Source: Candidatus Cloacimonadales bacterium
GTDB taxonomy: Bacteria > Cloacimonadota > Cloacimonadia > Cloacimonadales > JAFGVF01
Length of the DNA: 64,000 nt
Assembly (NCBI GenBank): GCA_963662585.1
Contig: OY759729.1
Span: 1,888,001 to 1,952,000 of the forward strand
Direction: 5' to 3'
In this document: positions 20,407 to 28,948 of the stretch, piece after piece
Layout of the letters: every line of letters starts with the position of its first letter
How positions within the stretch are numbered: the stretch's first letter is position 1
The notes under the pieces: model-generated
The model's input: the letters and a program-made list of their open reading frames with translations, nothing else
Database searches by the model: none
Told to the model about the DNA's origin: nothing
Made by a program: the position numbers and the translations under genes

Positions 20407-21510
20407 ATGAAAGAACTTATCTATTTTATCAAGAAAGAGTTTTTGCATATTTTTAGAGATTCCAAGAGCCTAATTATTCTCTTCGGCTTACCCATTATTC
20501 AGATAATACTATTCGGATTTGCTCTTACTAACGAGATTACCAATGTTGATTTTGCAGTATATGATAATTCTAAGTCTCATACTTCCCAACGACTTATCAA
20601 TAAAATTAATGCTACTGATTTCTTTACTTTGCAAGCATATATTACTAATCCTGACAAAATGGAAGAAGCTTTAATCAGTAATAGTGTTAAGTTTGTTTTG
20701 GTGATAGACTCTGATTTTGCTCAAAGCTATCCTCAAGGCAAGCAAGGTAAGATTCAGCTTTTGTTAGATGCTTCAGACCCTAACATAGCTACCAATATCC
20801 GAGCATATCTTAATAATATTATCACTGATTTTAGTCAGGAAGAATTTCCTAGTCTAGAAAAGAGTGATTTTATGACAGTAAAGATGTTCTATAATCCCCA
20901 AGTGAAAAGTGCTTATCTCTTTATTCCTGGACTCATGGCTTTCATTCTTACCCTTATTTCTGCCTTTATGACTTCTATTACTCTCACCCGCGAAAAAGAA
21001 CTGGGGAATATGGAAATTCTGTTAATTTCACCCCTAAAACCCTATCAGATTATCGTGGGAAAAGTTATTCCTTATGCTATTCTATCTATTATCAATATAG
21101 CTAATATTCTCTTGTTAGGAAAGTTTGTCTTTGGAATGCCTCTTAATGGCTCACTTCTCTTGCTAAGTCTAGAATCTCTGCTATTCTTGCTTAATAGTTT
21201 AGCACTGGGAATTCTTATCTCATCATTTACTAATAGTCGACAAGTCGCTATGATGGTTGCTCTAGCTGGATTACTCCTTCCTACTATGCTTCTGTCAGGA
21301 TTTATTTTCCCTGTCTCTAATATGCCTAAAGTGTTGCAATATTTCTCGCAAGTTATTCCTGCAACTCATTTCATCACTATTCTCAAAGGAATTATGATTA
21401 AAGGTATCGGAATCAGCTATCTTATCAAAGAAACAAGCATTCTCGCCCTGCTTACCCTTCTATTTATTAGTATTTCGATTAAAAAGTTCAATGTGAGGTT
21501 AGACAAATGA
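20407..21510 (+). CDS. ABC-2 type permease (YbhS-like)
   Basis: KKEFLHIFRD, REKELGNME, LLSGFIFP. Confidence 0.9.
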   Translation: MKELIYFIKKEFLHIFRDSKSLIILFGLPIIQIILFGFALTNEITNVDFAVYDNSKSHTSQRLINKINATDFFTLQAYITNPDKMEEALISNSVKFVLVIDSDFAQSYPQGKQGKIQLLLDASDPNIATNIRAYLNNIITDFSQEEFPSLEKSDFMTVKMFYNPQVKSAYLFIPGLMAFILTLISAFMTSITLTREKELGNMEILLISPLKPYQIIVGKVIPYAILSIINIANILLLGKFVFGMPLNGSLLLLSLESLLFLLNSLALGILISSFTNSRQVAMMVALAGLLLPTMLLSGFIFPVSNMPKVLQYFSQVIPATHFITILKGIMIKGIGISYLIKETSILALLTLLFISISIKKFNVRLDK

Positions 21511-22595
21511 GAACTCTCTTTATCCTAATTAGAAAAGAACTGAAGCAAATATTCCGTAATAAAGGTATGCTCCCCATAATCTTTGCTATGCCTCTTATTC
21601 AATTGCTGATTCTAGCCAATGCTGCCAACTACGAAATTAAGAATATTAATGTCTCTATCTTAGACTATGGTAAAAATGATTTTATTCCTGAGCTCTCTTC
21701 TCACTTAGAATATAATAGCTACTTTACGCTCAAAGGTGTGGATTATGATTATTCTAATGCTATTGCTCGCTTGGATAAAGGTCAAGTTGATGCTATTATC
21801 GTCCTTAACAATAACTTCGTACGACAATTTAATTCTGAAGAAGCCCAAATTCAACTGATTATTAATACTATAGATGGTGCTTCGTCAGGTATCATTCTTA
21901 GCTATCTGTCTGACTTTATGGGGCAATATCTCTCGCAAAATAATAGTTCTTCTCCCTTGATTAATATGCAATATACCAATAAGTTTAATCTGAAGCTAGA
22001 CTATAAGACTGTTATGGTGCCTGGTATTCTAGTGATTCTGATTTCAGTGATTAGTGTTTTCTTGACTGCTATGAATGTTGTGAGAGAAAAGGAAATTGGA
22101 ACCATAGATCAACTCAATGTTTCACCTATCACAAAACTTCAATTTATCGGTGGAAAACTCATTCCTATGGCTGTTATTGCTCTAGGTGAATTAATGTTTG
22201 GAATTGCTATAGGAAGATTAATTTATGGTATCCCTTTTATGGGTAATCCTATAACTATCATTATCTTCGCCCTTGCCTACCTCTGGGTTATGCTGTCATT
22301 CGGACTCATCATCTCTACTCGTGCCGAAACTCAACAACAAGCTATGCTAATCGCCTATGTTTTCTTAGTTATCTTCATTATGTTTTCAGGACTCTTCACC
22401 TCGGTCGAAAGTATGCCAACTTGGGCTAATTATATCTCCCAAGCTATTCCTGTCACTCACTTCATCACTGTGATGCGTTCTGTGATGCTTAAGGCTACTC
22501 CCCTTCATTTATTATATAAAGAATTGATCATTTTACTAGCAAGTGGAGGCCTGCTCTTTACTCTTGCTACGCTTGGATATAAGAAGACAGAATAG
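21507..22595 (+). CDS. ABC-2 type permease (YbhR-like)
   Basis: RKELKQIFR, REKEIGTIDQL, FSGLFTSVESMP. Confidence 0.9.
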   Translation: MRTLFILIRKELKQIFRNKGMLPIIFAMPLIQLLILANAANYEIKNINVSILDYGKNDFIPELSSHLEYNSYFTLKGVDYDYSNAIARLDKGQVDAIIVLNNNFVRQFNSEEAQIQLIINTIDGASSGIILSYLSDFMGQYLSQNNSSSPLINMQYTNKFNLKLDYKTVMVPGILVILISVISVFLTAMNVVREKEIGTIDQLNVSPITKLQFIGGKLIPMAVIALGELMFGIAIGRLIYGIPFMGNPITIIIFALAYLWVMLSFGLIISTRAETQQQAMLIAYVFLVIFIMFSGLFTSVESMPTWANYISQAIPVTHFITVMRSVMLKATPLHLLYKELIILLASGGLLFTLATLGYKKTE

Positions 22596-22618
22596 AATTG
22601 AGAATTGAGAATTGAGAA
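22594..22618. repeat. Heptamer tandem repeat (AGAATTG)n
   Basis: agaattg agaattg agaattg agaa immediately after the permease stop. Confidence 0.8.
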
Positions 22619-22829
22619 GTGATGAATCTATCCACTAATTTCACGAATTACACGAAGAAGATAGAGAAGACAAAGATGAGTGGCTTCTTAACTGGGAATG
22701 TGGGCTTCCAGCCCGCATCATTGCGAGGCAATGACATATCTTCAATCCCGAAGGGATTAAATAAATAAATACTGTCGGACGGTGGAGATTCTCTCCGCCA
22801 CTTGTTTCATCTAAACTTGAACTTGCAAC

Positions 22830-23660
22830 TTAGAAACTAGATTCTACCAACTCCCCATTTTCGTAGGTTTCTTCATAATTAATGCTTCCGTTTTCATTAT
22901 AATCGATGAACTTACCATGCAGTTTCCCATTTTTGTAGTAAATTTTACGAGAGATATTACCATTTATATAATATGATAAATGCTCACCGACTTTTTTACC
23001 CATTACATAATAAGCTTTAGTTTTTAGATTCTTGTTGTGAAAATACTCTAAATACTCACCATCTTTTTTCCCATTTATATAGTTACACTTGCTATCTATA
23101 TTCCCATTAGGATGGTACCATAAAACCTCTCCCTCTTCCTTTCCAACTTTATAATAACGCTCAACTATTAAGCCCCCATTTTTATCATAACTTTTATACT
23201 CACCTTCTCTTTTCCCATCTATATAGTATGCTTTATCCCAGAGGGCTCCATTCTCATGATAACCAATAGATTCACCTTCTTCTTTACCTTCTTTATAAGT
23301 AGCTTTTATCCATAAATTACCATTCTCATGATACTTGATAAGTTCTCCATCCTCTTTCCCATCTTTAAAATTAACTTTACTGCGTAAATCTCCATTTTTA
23401 AAATATCCTATGAACTCCCCAGTTTGCTTATCGTTAATATAGTTGCCTATATATGCCATAACTCCATTTTCATAATACACAATAGACTGACCATTCTTTT
23501 TATCATCTTTATACTGGGATACTCGTTTGATTGCTCCGTTTTTATAATATTCCATGACTTGGCCATTCTTTGTATCATTTTCATGATTAATAGCATTATT
23601 ACTACAAGCAACGACTATTAAAAAGAGTAAAAATAGGAATAAGTACTTATTTAATTTCAT
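22830..23660 (-). CDS. MORN-variant repeat lipoprotein (YwqK-like)
   Basis: Lipobox VVAC; ~9-10 repeats of YxxNG...YxxGKxxG. Confidence 0.85.
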   Translation of the reverse strand: MKLNKYLFLFLLFLIVVACSNNAINHENDTKNGQVMEYYKNGAIKRVSQYKDDKKNGQSIVYYENGVMAYIGNYINDKQTGEFIGYFKNGDLRSKVNFKDGKEDGELIKYHENGNLWIKATYKEGKEEGESIGYHENGALWDKAYYIDGKREGEYKSYDKNGGLIVERYYKVGKEEGEVLWYHPNGNIDSKCNYINGKKDGEYLEYFHNKNLKTKAYYVMGKKVGEHLSYYINGNISRKIYYKNGKLHGKFIDYNENGSINYEETYENGELVESSF

Positions 23661-24115
23661 CTCCTCTCCTCTTATAAATTATTATTATCAAATTTATTAC
23701 TCTTCATCTCCTTTGTCAAATTCTTAATTTATTAAGCTCTTAGGGACTATTAGATGGTCGTCTGTTGCTCTTTTGTTAGTTCTTGAGATAGCTCTTGAGG
23801 ACCAGCAGAGGAAGTAAAGGAGAGAAGCTACTTCCCAAAATTAGTTAGGACGAAAAACAAAGAAAAAAAAGGAAGATAAGTAACCAGCTTAGATGAATAT
23901 ATAGAATCTGCTATATTATTACTTTAAAATAGAATATAGAACACAATTTTATTTATCAACACTCATCTTTTATGATATTTATTTTATTAATATTTTTTTT
24001 CATTAACTCATAATAAGTATTGACAAATAAAATTGAGATAATTAATTTAGTTTATATATAATTTTCTAGTGACAGAAATAGGTTAACTAACTTTTGTAAT
24101 GACTTTGGAGTTAAT

Positions 24116-26143
24116 ATGAAACAATATGTAAGATTTGTATGGCTATTACTGATATTGCTACTACTTGCTTGTGAAGAAAGAAGCACTAACCCTGACAATT
24201 ACCCTAACATACTTTCTCAAAATACTTACCTGATATCTACTGCAGATATTAATCAAAATGCTATAACTATCACAGAATCTACCCTTATTATAAAGCAGTC
24301 TGGTGCTCTAAAATATTTAGATACTGGAGATATATTAATAGTCGGACCAAATAACTTGTCCGACAAAGGTCTTTTTCTTAAAATTATAAGTAAAGAAACG
24401 ACAAATGATGAAATTACTTTAACAATTGAAAAAGCAAGATTAACTGAAGCTTTTACTAATTTAGATGTAGAAGAAAAGATACAACTTACTTCTGAAGATA
24501 TCCGTGAGATTGAGCTTAATAATAGTAGCTATTCTAGCGATGATGAGAGACTTAATTTTAATGTGGATGGCATTGTTTATGATCGGGATAATGATATTAC
24601 AACTACTGATGATCAAGTTAAATTTACAGGAACTTTATCTTTTGAATTAGCTTTTGAGCTAGAACTTGAAATAGAAAAGAACCTACTAGAGGAGTATCAG
24701 CTTAACTGGGATATAGACAAGGATATTAATTTAAATCTAGTCACTGGTAGTACGGTTTATGAAGAGATGGATAACTTGATGCTTGATATAGCCTATATTT
24801 CTTATTCTCCTCAACTAATTCTGATAGATAACATTCCCTTAGTAATCACCCCTAAAGTGCATCTTTCTGTAGCTTTAGATGGTGAACTAATGGTAAAGTT
24901 CGCTTCTAATATTAGTTATTCTGAATCTTCAGAAAGTGGGTTGGAATATGATTCAGGATTATGGAATAATATAAATTCTAACGATAATAGCTTTTCTCTT
25001 TCTGAGTTACCAGAGAATAACGAGTTAGATTTTACTCAAAAAACCTCAACCCTTCTTGCTTTAGATTTGTTCAATTCAGAAATAGCTAGCATTCTTGTAG
25101 ATAATAAGCTAAACTTTGAAGCTAAACATTATGCTACTCAAGATAATAGTAACAATCTAAAAACCCTTATAACTGCAAGTCAGCTGGTTAGCTCAGATTT
25201 CAGAATGCAAATAATCTCTCCTTTGCTTGCAGATAAATATTGTGAGTTCCTAGCCTATGAACAGACTCTTACCGATGATTACAGTTCAATTGATACTCCA
25301 GCAGATATGGCATTTGTGCCAGGAGGAGCTTTTATCATGGGAAATACTAGAGGAGCTGAAGTAGAGGAAGAACTTACTCCTCATCAAGTTTTCCTTAGTC
25401 CTTTTTATATGTGTATCCATGAAGTTACTCAAGGTGAATATTCAGCTATCATGGGAGAAAATCCAAGCAGTCTTCTTAGTGAAGAATGGCCTGTGGAGAA
25501 AGTAAGTAGAGCTAAAGCTTATGCCTACTGCAATTTATTATCAATAGAGGAAAACAGGGAACCAGCTTACACCTATGATCAAGATGGGACAGACCCGAAT
25601 ACTTGGTCTGATGGCTGGACTGATTCTAATAATGTAGATAATTTTACTTGTGATTTTACAGCAAATGGCTATAGACTTCCTACCGAAGCAGAATGGGAGT
25701 ATGCAGCCAGAGGTGCTACAAATGAACCTGACTACATCTATTCAGGTTCAGACAACTTTTCTAATGTTGTAGGTATCGGGCTTTGGGAATATTGGTGGGG
25801 ACCAGGTGCTGTAGAAGGTTATTCTCTTATAGGATATAGCGCCGTATGTAGTAGAAATGCTAATTCCTTAGGTATTTATGATATGTCGGGAAGTGTCTGG
25901 GAAATGTGTTGGGATTACTATGCCCTTTATAATACAGACTTTCAAGTTAATCCTACTGGTCCTGAAAGCGGTATTAATCATGTGTTGAGAGGTGGGTCAG
26001 TGGAAAACATGACCGAGAACCGCCCTCAATGTCAAGTAATTTATCGTGGTCACTTTTCAGAAACTGTTCATCCTCCCCAGTGTATTGGTTTTAGGGTGGT
26101 TATGAATGCAGATCAAGATAATCTAGGAGGAAATAATGATTAG
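24116..26143 (+). CDS. Lipoprotein with C-terminal FGE-sulfatase (SUMF1/C-type lectin fold) domain
   Basis: Lipobox LLAC; GGAFIMG, EVTQGEY, RLPTEAEWEYAARG, GIYDMSGSVWE, RGGS, IGFR. Confidence 0.88.
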   Translation: MKQYVRFVWLLLILLLLACEERSTNPDNYPNILSQNTYLISTADINQNAITITESTLIIKQSGALKYLDTGDILIVGPNNLSDKGLFLKIISKETTNDEITLTIEKARLTEAFTNLDVEEKIQLTSEDIREIELNNSSYSSDDERLNFNVDGIVYDRDNDITTTDDQVKFTGTLSFELAFELELEIEKNLLEEYQLNWDIDKDINLNLVTGSTVYEEMDNLMLDIAYISYSPQLILIDNIPLVITPKVHLSVALDGELMVKFASNISYSESSESGLEYDSGLWNNINSNDNSFSLSELPENNELDFTQKTSTLLALDLFNSEIASILVDNKLNFEAKHYATQDNSNNLKTLITASQLVSSDFRMQIISPLLADKYCEFLAYEQTLTDDYSSIDTPADMAFVPGGAFIMGNTRGAEVEEELTPHQVFLSPFYMCIHEVTQGEYSAIMGENPSSLLSEEWPVEKVSRAKAYAYCNLLSIEENREPAYTYDQDGTDPNTWSDGWTDSNNVDNFTCDFTANGYRLPTEAEWEYAARGATNEPDYIYSGSDNFSNVVGIGLWEYWWGPGAVEGYSLIGYSAVCSRNANSLGIYDMSGSVWEMCWDYYALYNTDFQVNPTGPESGINHVLRGGSVENMTENRPQCQVIYRGHFSETVHPPQCIGFRVVMNADQDNLGGNND

Positions 26144-28805
26144 TAAAATTACCAAGCATATACTTATAGCCCTCTTCTTATTATTTGTTTTAGTTAGCTG
26201 TGAAGATAAGGTTTCTAGTCCTACCCTAAAAGAAGCTTCACTTGCTAGCAATACTCATTTGAATCATGATTATATTTTGAATATTTCAGACCAGCAAATT
26301 AGTGTAGATAAAGATAATTCTCTTAGTAAGGCAGAGCTTGGTGATATTATCATGTCTGCTTCAAGACCTGAAGCCCCTGAAGGTTTCTTACGAAAAGTCC
26401 TTAGTAAAAATACTCAGGGAAATACAGTTGATTTTGGAACTACTAATGCTTCTTTTTTAGAGGCATTTAGCAAACTTAATCTGCAAAGGACTATTTCACT
26501 TACCCCAGACCAAATAGTAGATTTTGAATTATTCAATGAGTGTCTTTATGACAGTGATGAAGATGTAGATGGTTATAATTTTGTTTTTAATTCAGCTCTC
26601 TATGATCAAGATAATGATAGAGGAACAGTTGATGACCAAATAGTAATTTCAGGAAATATGAAGATTAATTTAGGAATGGAAGTTAATATCTCAATAGAAA
26701 ATCAAGAATTGAATAACTTTTCCCTTGAAACAACCATGGAAAAAGAAGGAAGCTTGAATCTAAATGTTAAAAATATTGATAATTTTGCTGATAATACTAA
26801 AATAGCTTTAGCAAGTATGAAGTTTTATCCTCAAACAATTCTTCTTGATAAGATTCCTATTGTAATAACTCCAACTGTAGTTCTTAGCTTACAAATTCAG
26901 GGAAACTATGATTTTATTTGTGTTTCTGAAGTTGTCTTAGAAGAGAGTAGTAGAAATGGGGTAAGCTATGAAGCCGGCAGTTGGCAAGCTATCGGTTCCT
27001 CTCAGAAAGAGCTCAATTCAACAATAAGTGATGTAAATAAAGAGTATAATATTCAGTATGGTATGACTAGTGAGAATCATTATAAGCTCTACGACCAAGA
27101 TTTAATTTCTATTATTTCTGAAAATAGCTTTAATTTTCTTAAGGAACTATCTTATGATGATGCAATACATGAATTAAATAATACTGTTGAAGCTTCCCTG
27201 GTAAATAATATAACACTAGAAGCAGGAGCTATTTCTTCTCAAATGACCAACTTAGTTTTTTCTGATATTGTTTATTCAGAGCCTATTAATCAGGAAGAAA
27301 CTGAAACAGAATTCTTAAACGAATTGATATACATTGCGGGAGGAGATTTTGTTCATGATGGAGTTACTAAAAAAAGTACTGTGAATGATTTCTTTATTAG
27401 CAAATATGAAGTAACCCAAGCTCAATTTGAAGCAGTAATGGGCTATAATCCAAGCACTTTTACAGGTTGGAATAAGCCAGTTGAAACCGTCTCTTGGTAT
27501 GAAGCAATAAGGTTCTGTAATAAGTTATCTATTCAAGAAGGTTACAGCCCCTGTTATGATTTTTCTGGCTATGGTACAGATCCTGATACATGGCCAGACG
27601 AATATGGATACATTTCTTGGGTTGACTACTCTTCTTCTTTAATTAATTCTGGATATGGAAATGGATATAGTTTGCCTACTTCCTTACAGTGGAGGTTTGT
27701 AGCTGACCAAGGAATTTCCCATGCTAGCTTGCCTTATTCCGGCTCAAGTGATTGTAATGAAGTTGCCCACTATGCAGGAAATAATGACCCGTATGGCCCT
27801 AAAGTTGTAGGAACAAAAGAAGCTAACTCTTATGGTATTTATGATCTTAACGGTAATGTGGGTGAACTAATGTGGACTCTAGATTATAGCAAAGCTAAAA
27901 GAGCTGACCGCATCCTTATTATGGTAAGGGGTGGTGGTTGGAATAGTGATGCAGAACAATGCAAAATTAAACAGAGAAGATATCAACAAGAAAATGACAA
28001 AATGATTGATGTTGGCTTTAGAATAGTAAGACAAACTAATGATGCTTCTGCCTATACTGTGAATCAGCCAACTATTACTCGTACTGCGATGACTTACTAT
28101 TTGCCTATCACTGTTAGTATTAGTACTATAACACCTGGGGCTGAAATAAGATACACTCTTGATGGGTCTGAGCCAACAGAAGAATCTACTCTCTACGAAG
28201 GCTCTTTTCTCATTGAAAGTACTTGTACCCTGACTACTAAAGGTTTTAAGGAAAACTGGACACCTAGTAGGAGTAAATCAGCTAATTTCTATATCTACCC
28301 TCTTCTTGCTCCAACAATAAGCCCTGCATCAGGATTTTATCCAGAGCCCATAGAGGTAGAAATTACCAGTGAACATTGGGATAATCGTCTTAGATATCGT
28401 AAAAACTCCTCGACTATTTATTATTATTCTAATCCCTTCACTCTTGATGAGACTGCCGTTATATCAGCTTGGAGCCTGGTCTGGAATTATGAATTAGAGA
28501 CATATACCAGTAGCGATACAGTTTATGCTGAATATCAAATACCTAGAGCTACTCTTATTAATCCTCCGATAATTTCTCCACCTACTGGAAGCTATTCAAG
28601 TCCTCAAAGAGTATCATTAAATCTCTCTGAAAGCGACTATCCTATCTATTATACTCTAGATGGATCCTTGCCTACTCATAATTCTCTGAGATACACTAAT
28701 CCTTTTGAAATTAGTAAATCATGTACTATAAGGTCATTTGCCTATAGGAGTGGAGACGGGCAAAGTAGAGTTTCAGAAGCAAACTTCATTATCGAAACAA
28801 AGTAA
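26136..28805 (+). CDS. Lipoprotein with FGE-sulfatase domain and C-terminal chitobiase/Fn3-associated repeats
   Basis: Lipobox LVSC; EVTQAQF, GIYDLNGNVGE, RGGGW, VGFR; IRYTLDGSEPT and IYYTLDGSLPT repeats. Confidence 0.85.
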   Translation: MISKITKHILIALFLLFVLVSCEDKVSSPTLKEASLASNTHLNHDYILNISDQQISVDKDNSLSKAELGDIIMSASRPEAPEGFLRKVLSKNTQGNTVDFGTTNASFLEAFSKLNLQRTISLTPDQIVDFELFNECLYDSDEDVDGYNFVFNSALYDQDNDRGTVDDQIVISGNMKINLGMEVNISIENQELNNFSLETTMEKEGSLNLNVKNIDNFADNTKIALASMKFYPQTILLDKIPIVITPTVVLSLQIQGNYDFICVSEVVLEESSRNGVSYEAGSWQAIGSSQKELNSTISDVNKEYNIQYGMTSENHYKLYDQDLISIISENSFNFLKELSYDDAIHELNNTVEASLVNNITLEAGAISSQMTNLVFSDIVYSEPINQEETETEFLNELIYIAGGDFVHDGVTKKSTVNDFFISKYEVTQAQFEAVMGYNPSTFTGWNKPVETVSWYEAIRFCNKLSIQEGYSPCYDFSGYGTDPDTWPDEYGYISWVDYSSSLINSGYGNGYSLPTSLQWRFVADQGISHASLPYSGSSDCNEVAHYAGNNDPYGPKVVGTKEANSYGIYDLNGNVGELMWTLDYSKAKRADRILIMVRGGGWNSDAEQCKIKQRRYQQENDKMIDVGFRIVRQTNDASAYTVNQPTITRTAMTYYLPITVSISTITPGAEIRYTLDGSEPTEESTLYEGSFLIESTCTLTTKGFKENWTPSRSKSANFYIYPLLAPTISPASGFYPEPIEVEITSEHWDNRLRYRKNSSTIYYYSNPFTLDETAVISAWSLVWNYELETYTSSDTVYAEYQIPRATLINPPIISPPTGSYSSPQRVSLNLSESDYPIYYTLDGSLPTHNSLRYTNPFEISKSCTIRSFAYRSGDGQSRVSEANFIIETK

Positions 28806-28885
28806 TTTCCCAATACTTCAGTAAAGCTGATAAGAAGCTTGACACAATAGTTAGTTAATAAAAGGATGAAAATCCAAACACCGAT

Positions 28886-28933
28886 AAAGAGACATTTTCA
28901 ATTAATTTTGATTTTGTCTCTTTTCTTATTTTT
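28886..28933 (+). terminator. Probable terminator
   Basis: AAAGAGACA...TGTCTCTTT stem followed by a T-rich tract. Confidence 0.5.
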
Positions 28934-28948
28934 GAAATTCTATTGTCA

